Source: Christensenella sp. UBA6880 | GTDB taxonomy: Bacteria; Bacillota; Clostridia; Christensenellales; CAG-917 | Reading direction: 5' to 3' | Length of the DNA: 64,000 bases | Assembly (NCBI GenBank): GCA_002449145.1 | Contig: DKCG01000026.1 | Span: 82,608-146,607, forward strand | The notes under the pieces: model-generated | Database searches by the model: none | The model's input: only the letters and a program-made list of their open reading frames with translations | Told to the model about the DNA's origin: nothing | Position numbers and translations under genes: made by a program | Part shown: piece after piece, positions 17,708 to 26,999 of the stretch | Position numbering within the stretch: the first letter of the stretch is position 1 | Layout of the letters: each line of letters begins with the position of its first letter

Positions 17708-19228
17708 ATGGAAAAAATAGCGATTATCGACATTGGCTCAAACTCTGCAAGACTCGTGCTGGTCAACGTTCTGGACGGAGGCTACTTCGTGGTTTTCGAC
17801 GAACTCAAAGAAACCGTGCGACTCGGACAAGATATGGACTGGGACGGCTTCATCAAGCCGCAGCGCATTGCGCAGACGATAAAAACGCTAACTATGTTCC
17901 GTCGTCTCTGCGACGCAAACAAGGTTGACAAAATCTTTGCGTACGCGACGGCGGCTGTCAGACGCGCCAAAAACCAAAAGAGTTTCCTTGACGAAGTCGC
18001 AATGACTTGCGGTATCAAAATCAAGGTGCTTTCCCCCGAAGAGCAGGCTATGCTCGTCTATCAGGGCGTAATCAACTCTATGGACATTCCCAAAGGCTTG
18101 ATTATGGAAATGGGCGGCGGCTCGACCAACCTCATTTATTACAACAGAAGAAATCTCGTCCACTTCGATACGTTGCCTTTCGGCGCGGTCACGCTTACGG
18201 ATCTGTTCAAAAACGACAGTTCCTCGCCGCAGGAAAGAGCGAAAAAAATCGAGGACTTCATCGGCGAACAACTCGAAAAAATCACTTGGCTCGACAGTGT
18301 AGAACCCGATACGGCGTTCGTCGGCGTGGGCGGAAGTTTCAGAAATCTCGGCAGAATCAGCAGACTTATCAAGAAATATCCGTTCAATATGACGCACAAC
18401 TACGAGTTGCCCGTCACCGAGTTCGAGGGTATCTACAACACCATAAAGAAACTCGACCTCAACAGCACTATGAAGATAAAGGGACTTTCGAGCGGTCGCG
18501 CGGATATATTCCCGAGCGCGCTTGCCGTTATGAAAGCGGTGCTTTCTCGCTTCGAGTTTTCAAAAATCACAATCAGCGGTTGCGGCTTGAGAGAAGGCGC
18601 AATGTTCCGTTATGCCGTCCCCGGTATCAACGAAAGACCGCTTTCGGACGTTTTGGGCCATTCCATTTACACGCAAATGAAGTATCACGACCTCAACATT
18701 GCGCACGCCGAACACGTCTACAACCTTTCGATACAACTCTTCAAGCAACTCAAAGTGCTTCACAAAATGCCCAGAGTTTACGTCAGAGTGCTTAAAATCG
18801 CCGCGCTTTTGCACGACAGCGGTATGAGAATCAAGTTCTACAACCATCAACTTCACTCGGCGTACATCATTCTCAACAGCAACCTCTACGGCGTACCGCA
18901 CAAGGACATCGTCGTGGCGGCGTTCGTTGCGGCGGGCCACAGAAAAGCCGAAAACGCGCGCGACGAAATCATCAAATACAAGGATATGCTCACGCAAGAG
19001 GACGTTGACGCAATCAGAAAACTCAGCGTGATATTGCGCATCGCAGAGAGTTTCGACAGAAGCCAAAGCGGCGTAGTCACCGGTATCAACTGCGACGTTC
19101 TCGGCGACAGCGTAATCGTCAAAACCGAGTGCGAAAACGGCGGCGACTGCACGCTCGAAGTCAAGGACGCTATGGGCGCGGCGGCAGAGTTCAAGGCGGC
19201 GTACGGCAAGAACCTCGAAATTCTGTAA
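17708..19228 (+). CDS. ppx: Ppx/GppA family phosphatase with C-terminal HD domain
   Basis: N-terminus IAIIDIGSNSARLVL (actin-fold) and HD region LLHDSGM. Confidence 0.85.
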   Translation: MEKIAIIDIGSNSARLVLVNVLDGGYFVVFDELKETVRLGQDMDWDGFIKPQRIAQTIKTLTMFRRLCDANKVDKIFAYATAAVRRAKNQKSFLDEVAMTCGIKIKVLSPEEQAMLVYQGVINSMDIPKGLIMEMGGGSTNLIYYNRRNLVHFDTLPFGAVTLTDLFKNDSSSPQERAKKIEDFIGEQLEKITWLDSVEPDTAFVGVGGSFRNLGRISRLIKKYPFNMTHNYELPVTEFEGIYNTIKKLDLNSTMKIKGLSSGRADIFPSALAVMKAVLSRFEFSKITISGCGLREGAMFRYAVPGINERPLSDVLGHSIYTQMKYHDLNIAHAEHVYNLSIQLFKQLKVLHKMPRVYVRVLKIAALLHDSGMRIKFYNHQLHSAYIILNSNLYGVPHKDIVVAAFVAAGHRKAENARDEIIKYKDMLTQEDVDAIRKLSVILRIAESFDRSQSGVVTGINCDVLGDSVIVKTECENGGDCTLEVKDAMGAAAEFKAAYGKNLEIL

Positions 19229-19291
19229 TCGGAATATCGATTGCAAATACCAAAGCGAACGATTAGAAAATCTAATCAAAATCGACACGAA

Positions 19292-19885
19292 ATGAACAAG
19301 TTTTCAAATAACGTGATTCTCGCCTCGTCCTCGCCTCGCCGCAAGGAAATTCTTGCGGATATGGGCGTAAAATACGAGGTTATTCCCGCAAATATAGACG
19401 AGAGCGAGATAAAATCCCGTTTTCCGTTCTTGCTCGTCAAGAAACTTGCAAAAGCAAAGGCGGAACATATCGCAAAAGAGCATAGAAGCGACACGGTCAT
19501 CGCGGCGGACACAATCGTCGTGCTTGACGGAAAAGTGTACGGCAAACCGCACGACAGAACGCACGCTTTCGATATGATAAAGCAACTCAACGGACGCACG
19601 CACACCGTGTATACGGGCGTTTGCGTGACGTGCGAGGGCAAAAAGGTCGTGGCTTGCGTCAAATCGCTCGTCACTTTCAAAACCCTCACCGACGATCGGA
19701 TTTATGCGTATATCGACGACTGCAAGCCGTTCGACAAAGCGGGTGCATACGGGATTCAGGACAAAAGAATCGTGGAAAAATACAGCGGCAGTTACTCTAA
19801 CATAATGGGGCTGCCCAAAGAAAAACTCGGCGACATTCTCGTTCGAGTCGGAGTTATCAATGGCAACAATAGAACTATCGATTGA
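19292..19885 (+). CDS. maf: Maf-like nucleoside triphosphate pyrophosphatase
   Basis: Contains VILASSSPRRKEIL and AGAYGIQD motifs. The internal ATG at 19292 is taken as the start. Confidence 0.9.
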   Translation: MNKFSNNVILASSSPRRKEILADMGVKYEVIPANIDESEIKSRFPFLLVKKLAKAKAEHIAKEHRSDTVIAADTIVVLDGKVYGKPHDRTHAFDMIKQLNGRTHTVYTGVCVTCEGKKVVACVKSLVTFKTLTDDRIYAYIDDCKPFDKAGAYGIQDKRIVEKYSGSYSNIMGLPKEKLGDILVRVGVINGNNRTID

Positions 19886-20858
19886 CCTCGGAAGCAAGTT
19901 TATCACCATCTATCAAAAGGGCATAGGTCTCGTTTTGCGCGAGCCTGCAATCGCCATTGCGACCAAATCGCGCAACCGTCTCGAAATCCGCGACGCGGGG
20001 TACAGAGCGGAAAGCGTTATGACGGGTTCGCTCGGCGGCGCAAGAGTCATCGCGCCCATCAAGGAAGGCATAATCGTAGACGAAGAAATGGCGACTATGC
20101 TTCTTCATTACTTCCTCAAAAAGATTATCCCCGAAGGCATTTTTATGCCTAGAATCAAAGCCATCGTGTCCATTTGCGAATCCTCGTCGGGTTCGGACAG
20201 ACGTGCGGTGGAAAAGTGCTGCATAAAGGCGGGCATAAAGGAAGTCACGCTCGTGGAATCGGGTTTGAGCCTTCTTGCCTACACCAACAGCATAGGCGGT
20301 CTTTTCGTTGACATCGGCGGCGGCAAAACCGAAATATCCGCAGTCACCAATCACGGCATTGCGACGGGTTGCTCGGTCAATATCGCAGGCGACGCGTTCA
20401 ACAACGCAATCATAGATAGCCTTTATATGAATTACGGCGTAAAGGTGGGCGAATTTACAATCGAGAATCTCAAAAAATCCGCGCTTTCTTTCTACGTCAA
20501 CGACGAGGGCAGTTACGCCGTCAGCGGCGGCAGTGCGGACGGTTCGCCTCGTTCGCTCTACGTCACCGCAGAGCAAATGCGCGACGCCGTGATTCCGCTT
20601 GTGGACGACATCATCGAAGTCATAATGTCCGTCCTCAACCAAACGCCGCCCGAACTTTCCGCAGAGATACTTCGAAAAGGCATTTTCGTATCCGGCGGCT
20701 CGCTTCACATTCCGGGACTTATCGACTATCTCGAACAAGCGCTTGAACTTCCCGTCACGCCGCTCAAAGACATCGAGAACGCGATTGCAATCGGCGGCGC
20801 GAGATTCTTCGACGAAAAGAATCTGCTGTCTGATATGTTGGGGGTCAAATTGTATTAA
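19860..20858 (+). CDS. mreB: MreB/Mbl-like actin-fold rod-shape protein (divergent)
   Basis: The pattern IDLGSKFITIYQKGIGLVLREP...IAPIKEGIIVDEEMATMLLHYF parallels MreB, and it follows maf as in many Firmicutes. Confidence 0.7.
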   Translation: MATIELSIDLGSKFITIYQKGIGLVLREPAIAIATKSRNRLEIRDAGYRAESVMTGSLGGARVIAPIKEGIIVDEEMATMLLHYFLKKIIPEGIFMPRIKAIVSICESSSGSDRRAVEKCCIKAGIKEVTLVESGLSLLAYTNSIGGLFVDIGGGKTEISAVTNHGIATGCSVNIAGDAFNNAIIDSLYMNYGVKVGEFTIENLKKSALSFYVNDEGSYAVSGGSADGSPRSLYVTAEQMRDAVIPLVDDIIEVIMSVLNQTPPELSAEILRKGIFVSGGSLHIPGLIDYLEQALELPVTPLKDIENAIAIGGARFFDEKNLLSDMLGVKLY

Positions 20859-20863
20859 AGCGC

Positions 20864-21068
20864 GCTATTTGGCGAATAACTTTGGACGCGATTGACGCAA
20901 GCGTAACAATCGCTATTCCGTCACTTCGTTCCTTACAACGCCCTTTTGTTCACCCGTCACGTACGATTTAGTACGTTGGGCGGGTTCGCAAAAGGGCGTT
21001 TCCTTGTTCTTCATCTCAATAGTGCGCTTTAATGCAATTTGATGTCACTCATTCAAGGCGTACTTATC
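20864..21068 (+). repeat. composite repeat locus: 17-mer, rc52 block, H-type long hairpin, TTCTTCATCTCAATA box and x-block
   Basis: 20864-20880 equals 48888-48904. 20884-20936 is the reverse complement of 6326-6375. Arms 20937-20948 and 20989-21000 form a 12-bp stem. 21044-21068 resembles 5988-6010. Confidence 0.8.
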
Positions 21069-21104
21069 AAAATCTTTTGACAAAGAAAATCCAAAATCGG
21101 CAGA

Positions 21105-21135
21105 AACAGACATCTACATACGGCGTCTGTTTTTT
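21105..21135 (+). terminator. weak terminator-like hairpin upstream of minD
   Basis: AACAGAC (21105-21111) pairs with GTCTGTT (21125-21131) around a 13-nt loop, followed by a T-run. Confidence 0.4.
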
Positions 21136-21146
21136 ATTATGGGAAT

Positions 21147-21896
21147 ATGAGAAAAATCGTTGTTACTTCGGGTAAGGGCGGCGTCGGGAAAACCACCGTA
21201 ACCGCAACTCTCGGCAGAAAACTGGCATTGTCGGGATTCAACGTCGTGCTTGTGGACGGCGACGTCGGACTCAACAATCTCGACGTCGTGACGGGTATCG
21301 AAAGGCGAGTCGTGTACGACATAAGCGACGTGTTGCAAGGGCGGTGCAGAACGTTTCAGGCTCTTGTAAGCGATGCGGAAAGTCCGATGAAAATTCTTCC
21401 GTCGTCAAGAGATTGCAACGCAATCACGGCGCAAGCGTTTCGAGGGGTTGTGGACAGTTTGAGCGAGTTCGATTTCGTGTTTGTCGATTGTCCCGCCGGC
21501 ATAGAACACGGCTTTCACAGGGCGGTTTCGGCGTGCGAGGAAGCACTCGTGGTTACAACGCCGTCCGCTTCGGCAATCAGAGACGCGGACAAAGTGATAA
21601 GTTTGCTTGCGAGTTATCGATTGAAAGATATTTCGCTCGTTGTGAACAGAGTGCGCGCGGATATGATTGCAAGAGGCGAAATGCTCGGCGCAAGCGAGAT
21701 TAGTTCCCTTCTTCACGTTGCGGCGATAGGCGTGATTCCCGACGACGATATGATAACTTTGTATCAGCAACTCGGCACGATTCCGCAACACGCAATATCC
21801 AACCGCGCATACGACGTGCTTGCCAAAAACGTGGCGCAAAACAGCAAAGTTTTCGTTGATATTGCGCCCAAAAGGCGATTGAGGTGGCTGAGATGA
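21147..21896 (+). CDS. minD: septum site-determining ATPase MinD
   Basis: Deviant Walker A SGKGGVGKTT, and a basic amphipathic C-terminus KRRLRWLR. Confidence 0.9.
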   Translation: MRKIVVTSGKGGVGKTTVTATLGRKLALSGFNVVLVDGDVGLNNLDVVTGIERRVVYDISDVLQGRCRTFQALVSDAESPMKILPSSRDCNAITAQAFRGVVDSLSEFDFVFVDCPAGIEHGFHRAVSACEEALVVTTPSASAIRDADKVISLLASYRLKDISLVVNRVRADMIARGEMLGASEISSLLHVAAIGVIPDDDMITLYQQLGTIPQHAISNRAYDVLAKNVAQNSKVFVDIAPKRRLRWLR

Positions 21897-22144
21897 AAGC
21901 GTCCAAACAGATTGCAAGCAGAATGAGGGATATGCTCACGCGCGACAAAGTGGGCATAAAAGAAGGTTTTTCAACCGCGCTCGAAAACGACTTAAACAAC
22001 GTGCTGGGCGATTATTTTTCGCTTGACGGCCGCGCCAAAATCGACGTCGCGCAAAACGAAAGAGGGGTGTACAAAATCACGATAGAGGCAAACGCAACGA
22101 GGGTGAAGCAATTTCAAACCACGCTCGATATGCCGAGATACTGA
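21893..22144 (+). CDS. minE: cell-division topological specificity factor MinE (divergent)
   Basis: ATGA overlap with the minD stop. Small protein with N-terminus KQIASRMRDMLTRDK and the C-terminal beta-pattern of MinE. Confidence 0.65.
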   Translation: MKASKQIASRMRDMLTRDKVGIKEGFSTALENDLNNVLGDYFSLDGRAKIDVAQNERGVYKITIEANATRVKQFQTTLDMPRY

Positions 22145-22220
22145 AAAATGCGGCGCAAGTTTTTTGATAAAAGTTATATTTTGCACCTTTCGAGAATAAG
22201 GTAAATGCGAGGTGGCAAAT

Positions 22221-22457
22221 ATGGAATTTGATGAAAGCAAAAAACTCGACGTAGAAATCTCTCAAAACAATTTCGTTGAAAATCGCGTCAACAAAAAGCG
22301 CAAAAAGAAAGGCGTTTTGGACGCTCTCGACGTTGCAATCATACCCGTGGCAATCGGCGTTTTCGTGTCGCTCGGCTTCTTGTTTGCAAACATTTTCAGA
22401 GCAACTTCTATCGTGGAAACGTTGTCCAACATTTCAAGCATAATTTCTTCCATTTGA
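22221..22457 (+). CDS. small membrane protein, unknown function
   Basis: GAGGTG lies 6 nt upstream of the ATG at 22221. Basic N-terminus and a single TM (AIIPVAIGVFVSLGFLFANIF). Confidence 0.5.
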   Translation: MEFDESKKLDVEISQNNFVENRVNKKRKKKGVLDALDVAIIPVAIGVFVSLGFLFANIFRATSIVETLSNISSIISSI

Positions 22458-22478
22458 CAAAACAAGAGGTTTATCCTT

Positions 22479-23318
22479 ATGAAATTCAAGGTTAATCCTC
22501 TTTTTTTCGCGCTTGCCCTTGCGCTTATCGCGTTCGGACACGCGCTTGATTTCGTATGGACTATGCTTGCTTTGCTCTTTCACGAAAGCGCACACGCGCT
22601 TATGGCGAGGGCAAGGGGATACGTCGTAAAAAAAATGGTGCTTTTGCCGTACGGGGCAATGATGAGCGCGGGCGAAAACTTCGACAAAACGTCGAGCGTG
22701 CTTATAGGTCTTGCAGGGCCTTTGTGCAATCTTTTGCTTGCGCTCGTCACGCTCGGTCTTTGGTGGTTGTTTCCGTCGGTGTACCCTTATACGATTTTTT
22801 TTCTTTACGCAAATCTGTCGCTCGGCTTGTTCAATCTCTTGCCCGTGTATCCGCTCGACGGTTCGAGGGTGGTTCTCGGTTTTTGCAAAAACAAGATTAA
22901 GGCGGTCAAGGGTTTGCAAATCGCGGGCATAGTTTGCTCTTTTTTGTTTTTGGGACTTTTCGTCGGCTCGTTCTTTTTCGGGCTCAATTTCACGTTCGGC
23001 ATAATGGCGGTGTTTCTCTTTTACGGCGCGACGTTCTTGGGCAAGGACGAAACCTATTCGAGCGTGCTTGACGTGACGTGCAAAAACTATTCTTTGGGCG
23101 TTGAACTCAAACGCGTGGAAATATCTTGCGATACGCCCATACTCAGATTGTTCCATTACGTCGGCAGACAAAGCAAAACGACGTTCGACGTCGTAGGCGA
23201 GGACGGAAAGATAATTCGCACCTTATCCGAGCAGGATTTGAAAGCGATTGCTGTGAAAAATAAACTTACTACGATGTTAGGCGAAACGTTGAAAACTAAA
23301 ACTGGCAATAATGTTTAA
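22479..23318 (+). CDS. site-2 (M50) metalloprotease, SpoIVFB-like
   Basis: HESAHAL (HExxH) and NLLPVYPLDGSRV motifs. It lies downstream of min genes, as spoIVFB does in Bacillus. Confidence 0.8.
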   Translation: MKFKVNPLFFALALALIAFGHALDFVWTMLALLFHESAHALMARARGYVVKKMVLLPYGAMMSAGENFDKTSSVLIGLAGPLCNLLLALVTLGLWWLFPSVYPYTIFFLYANLSLGLFNLLPVYPLDGSRVVLGFCKNKIKAVKGLQIAGIVCSFLFLGLFVGSFFFGLNFTFGIMAVFLFYGATFLGKDETYSSVLDVTCKNYSLGVELKRVEISCDTPILRLFHYVGRQSKTTFDVVGEDGKIIRTLSEQDLKAIAVKNKLTTMLGETLKTKTGNNV

Positions 23319-23392
23319 ATAATTTCAATTTGATCTATGTTTGTGTACACAACAAATCAATATAGGACAATTTCAAACCATTTTTAATTGAA

Positions 23393-23599
23393 TTAGTCTT
23401 TTAATCCAAGAAAATAGTCTGCTGAGATAGAAAAAGCAAGACACATTTGCCTTAATATATCATATCCGGGCTTTGCTTTTCCTTTTAACCATTCGCTAAC
23501 TTGACTTTGCTTTACGCCTACTTCTCGTGCAAAGGCGGACTGTGTCAGATTATTGCGAATGAGAAAATCTCTTAATATGTCTGAAAAGTCATTATCCAT
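23393..23599 (-). CDS. XRE-family helix-turn-helix transcriptional regulator
   Basis: The 68-aa product contains LTQSAFAREVGVKQSQVSEWLKGKAKP, a classic Cro/C1 HTH. Confidence 0.85.
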   Translation of the reverse strand: MDNDFSDILRDFLIRNNLTQSAFAREVGVKQSQVSEWLKGKAKPGYDILRQMCLAFSISADYFLGLKD

Positions 23600-23608
23600 A
23601 TTTTTAGT

Positions 23609-23667
23609 ATATAGAATTTTCTATTACTATTCTTGACATATAGAATTTTCTATACTAACATTATAAT
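23609..23667. promoter_or_regulatory. divergent promoter region with two identical 16-nt operator-like sites
   Basis: ATATAGAATTTTCTAT occurs at 23609-23624 and 23638-23653, each containing the inverted repeat ATAGAA-TT-TTCTAT. TTGACA at 23633-23638 abuts the second site. Confidence 0.5.
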
Positions 23668-23700
23668 GTATTGTTCATAAGTCATTCGGAGTGTTGAAAA

Positions 23701-24096
23701 ATGTGTTGGTATGAGTATTTAATTAATGCTTTGGTAGGACTGGTTGTTGGTGTTTTATCAACTATAATTACGAGTTTTTTGATTGGTAGACGAATAAAAA
23801 ATCACGATGAGAAAAAATCAAAATTGATGCAAATATATTTGCAATTTCAAAAATATGAGCATTTGAAAATGTCGGATGTTACATTAACAGAACTTCAAGA
23901 TTTTATTTTAGAGGCAAAATCAGTTTTGTTTAGATATAAGAATATTAGAGATTCTTTTATCAAATATGAAATCGTCTTTAATGAGAATTTGCGACTTAAT
24001 AATGGTAATAATGTGCTTATCATTAATAGCGATGATAGCAATTATGTAAAGTTAAAAGCAGAAATGGAAAAATATTTTGGGATATATGAATATTAA
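23701..24096 (+). CDS. small single-pass membrane protein, unknown function
   Basis: N-terminal TM LINALVGLVVGVLSTIITSFLIG. AT-rich codon usage as in the neighbouring genes. Confidence 0.55.
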   Translation: MCWYEYLINALVGLVVGVLSTIITSFLIGRRIKNHDEKKSKLMQIYLQFQKYEHLKMSDVTLTELQDFILEAKSVLFRYKNIRDSFIKYEIVFNENLRLNNGNNVLIINSDDSNYVKLKAEMEKYFGIYEY

Positions 24097-24108
24097 CGGG
24101 AGAAACAT

Positions 24109-26817
24109 ATGAAAAGATTTAGATTGTTGGTAGTGTTATCACTATGCATATTGATTTGTTGCATATTGTGTGCTTGCAGTCCTAGCGATTCCGATTATGA
24201 TGACAGTAGTGTACAAAAATATAGTGTAACTTGGAAAAACTACGACGGCACGGTTCTGGAAAAAGATAGTGAAGTGGTATATGGAACAGTACCCGAATAT
24301 AACGGCATAACACCGACCAAACCGTCGACGGAACGCTATTCATATGCCTTCAACGGTTGGACACCGACAATCGTTCCTGTTACGGAAGATGTTGTTTATA
24401 CAGCGCAATTTGCCGAAACTACGAACACATATAGCGTAATCTGGGAAAATTATGACGGCACAATTTTAGAAAAAGATAATGAAGTGGCGTACGGAGAAGT
24501 GCCCGAATATAACGGCATAACACCGACCAAGCCATCAACAGGGCGGTATTCATACTCGTTCAACGGTTGGACACCGACAATTGTTCCCGTTACAAAAAAT
24601 GTTGTTTATACGGCACAATTCAACGAATCGACAAATACATATAGTGTAATCTGGAAGAATTATGACGGTACAATTTTAGAAAAAGATAACGAAGTGGCGT
24701 ACGGGGAAGTGCCCGAATATAACGGCATAACACCGACCAAACCGTCGACGGAACGTTATTCTTATGCGTTCAACGGTTGGACTCCGACAATTGTTCCTGT
24801 TACGGAAGATGTCGTTTATACGGCGCAGTTCGCAGAAACGATAAATACATATAGCGTAATTTGGAAGAATTATGACGGCACGATATTAGAAACTGATAAT
24901 GAAGTAGAATATGGGCTAATGCCCGAATATAACGGTGCGATGCCGATTAAGGGCGATGACGATATTTTCCGATATTCATTTATTGGCTGGGATAAAGAGA
25001 TTGCTCCTGTTGTGTCTGATATAATATATATTGCTCAGTTTTCCAGTGCATATAAAGAAGATTTTATATTTGAAACGGTTGGCAACAAATGTTTTTTAAA
25101 GAAATATGTTGGGGTAAACGAAAGCGTCGTTATTCCAAGTACATATCAAAACCATCCGGTTGTTTCGATTTTGTCAAATGCATTTGACAAAAAAGCGTGT
25201 GTAAAATCATTATACGTTCCTACCAGCGTTATTGAAATTCAGAAAAATGCTTTGAGCGGTTGTACAAATATAGAGCGGTTGATTCTTCCTTTTGTAGGCG
25301 ACGGCGCAGATATAGGATTTATCGGATATGTATTTGGCGCTGCAAATTATGAAGAAAACGCACAATGCGTTCCTTATTCGCTGTCATCAATAAGAATATA
25401 CAATGCGAATATTATTGCAAGTAACGCATTTTACGGTTGCAAATATTTAGAATATGTGGAAATTTCGGACGATATTACAAGTATCGGTGATGGTTGTTTG
25501 GCAGGTTGCGCGTCTCTTTCTAAAATGCGCTTGCCATTTGTCGGCGAATCATATAATAGCAAGAATTCATTTGGATATATATTTGGAACAAATAATTATT
25601 CTAATTCTCAAATCGTTTCACAAAACGGACAAATATTTTATATTCCGAATAGCCTTTCAGAAGTTGAAATTACAGGTGGATGTATATTGACAGGAGCGTT
25701 TGAAAATTGTGCTATGATTCAAAAAATAAGCATTGAACAAGGTGTTTCTATAATCGAGGAAGAATCCTTTGCAAATTGCAATTCGCTAAGAGAGATTTAT
25801 GTCGATTCGGCTGTGGAAATAAAAGCGTATGCATTTGCCAAATTGTGCAACCTTGAAAAAATAAAAGTGCCTATTCAGGATTATTCGTATAGCGATTCAG
25901 AATATTTGTGGACGTTATATCACATAGGTAGAATGTTTAATAAGGAAGAATATGGCGGATGCGATGCTATTACACAATCAAGTAAAGGAAAAGGAATAGG
26001 CAGTAATGCAGGCGTAGGTTCCGGCGGCGGAGGAACTTATTATATACCGACATCGTTAAAAGAAATTGTTGTAGATTGTAAAAACGATATTTTGGGTTAT
26101 GGGGCGTTAAGCGGTATTGCAAACGTTGAATTTGTTATTAACAATTGCACGGGCATCGCAGAGTATTCGTTGTCTCGAACGAGCATCAAAACATTTATCA
26201 TTCCGAAAGGATTGACAGAAATTCCAGAAGGCGCATTCAGTGAATGCGAGTTGTTGGAAAGTATAGTCATTCCTTATGGAGTGACTACAATACAAAATAA
26301 CGCTTTTAGGGGATGTATTTCATTGAAAACAATTGTTGTCCCTAAAACGTTATCAGGAATAGGTGAGCTAAGTTTTAGTGGTTGTAAATCGTTAGAAAAT
26401 ATAGATTTTATCAGAAACTGCGCAGAAGAATTTGTTATCGGAAGAAATGCATTTATTGAATGTACTGGGTTAAAAAAGTTGATTATTCCGAGCAATGTTT
26501 GTTCGATATATTATGGTGCTTTTGGCAACTGTTCGGAAATAAGCTCTGTTACTTTTGAGGACGGTTCAACTTGCGCATATATCGGCGGAGCTGCTTTTCA
26601 CGATTGTACAAAACTTGAATATGTAGTTATTCCTTCAAGTGCATTGACATTGGGAGAAAGTGTGTTTTCTGGTGACACATCATTAATTATATATGCAGAA
26701 TTTAATGAAAAACCATCAAGATGGGGTAATTATTGGAATAAGGATAACAATGCGGTTTATTGGTTATCAGAATGGAAATACGACGAATCGGGTTTTCCTT
26801 GTCCCAATAATGATTAG
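24109..26817 (+). CDS. surface lipoprotein with four 70-aa Listeria-Bacteroides-type B repeats and BspA-type leucine-rich repeats
   Basis: Lipobox LCAC-S. Repeats have the form YSVxWxNYDGTxLE...NGWTP...VYTAQF. LRR_5-like units such as IPxGVTTIQNNAFRGCISLKTIVVP follow. Confidence 0.8.
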   Translation: MKRFRLLVVLSLCILICCILCACSPSDSDYDDSSVQKYSVTWKNYDGTVLEKDSEVVYGTVPEYNGITPTKPSTERYSYAFNGWTPTIVPVTEDVVYTAQFAETTNTYSVIWENYDGTILEKDNEVAYGEVPEYNGITPTKPSTGRYSYSFNGWTPTIVPVTKNVVYTAQFNESTNTYSVIWKNYDGTILEKDNEVAYGEVPEYNGITPTKPSTERYSYAFNGWTPTIVPVTEDVVYTAQFAETINTYSVIWKNYDGTILETDNEVEYGLMPEYNGAMPIKGDDDIFRYSFIGWDKEIAPVVSDIIYIAQFSSAYKEDFIFETVGNKCFLKKYVGVNESVVIPSTYQNHPVVSILSNAFDKKACVKSLYVPTSVIEIQKNALSGCTNIERLILPFVGDGADIGFIGYVFGAANYEENAQCVPYSLSSIRIYNANIIASNAFYGCKYLEYVEISDDITSIGDGCLAGCASLSKMRLPFVGESYNSKNSFGYIFGTNNYSNSQIVSQNGQIFYIPNSLSEVEITGGCILTGAFENCAMIQKISIEQGVSIIEEESFANCNSLREIYVDSAVEIKAYAFAKLCNLEKIKVPIQDYSYSDSEYLWTLYHIGRMFNKEEYGGCDAITQSSKGKGIGSNAGVGSGGGGTYYIPTSLKEIVVDCKNDILGYGALSGIANVEFVINNCTGIAEYSLSRTSIKTFIIPKGLTEIPEGAFSECELLESIVIPYGVTTIQNNAFRGCISLKTIVVPKTLSGIGELSFSGCKSLENIDFIRNCAEEFVIGRNAFIECTGLKKLIIPSNVCSIYYGAFGNCSEISSVTFEDGSTCAYIGGAAFHDCTKLEYVVIPSSALTLGESVFSGDTSLIIYAEFNEKPSRWGNYWNKDNNAVYWLSEWKYDESGFPCPNND
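24220..25059 (+). repeat. in-frame 210-bp tandem repeat x4 inside the lipoprotein gene
   Basis: Units lie at 24220, 24430, 24640 and 24850. Units 1 and 3 are nearly identical at the protein level, and unit 4 has diverged. Confidence 0.85.
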
Positions 26818-26883
26818 ATTTAGCAGAGTGGTTGTGTGGTTAAGCGGTCGTTGCAGATAATGGCTTGACCGTTGGAGATAAGC

Positions 26884-26939
26884 AAATCAAAGAATCCGCG
26901 CAGAAATAAACAATATTTTATGCGTGGATTCTTTGATTT
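26884..26939 (+). terminator. long hairpin, putative terminator of the island operon
   Basis: A 17-bp stem AAATCAAAGAATCCGCG / CGTGGATTCTTTGATTT contains one G-U pair and encloses a 22-nt loop. Confidence 0.45.
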
Positions 26940-26970
26940 ATGATGCACATTAGTATGGAAGTTATAAAAG

Positions 26971-26999
26971 TTGACATTTCATTTTATATATCTTAAAAT
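26971..26999 (+). promoter_or_regulatory. candidate promoter of the glucokinase gene
   Basis: TTGACA (26971-26976), a 17-nt spacer, then TAAAAT (26994-26999). Confidence 0.5.

Noticed and set aside
20900-21020. Minus-strand mini-ORFs starting ATGAAGAAC inside H modules (MKNKETPFCEP... at locus 20.9 kb; MKNAKFFNVPNL... at locus 59.9 kb).
   Set aside because: There is no SD. The lengths and sequences differ after the first residues, and the third H-like copy (6078-6234) has no ORF. The similarity just reflects shared repeat DNA.
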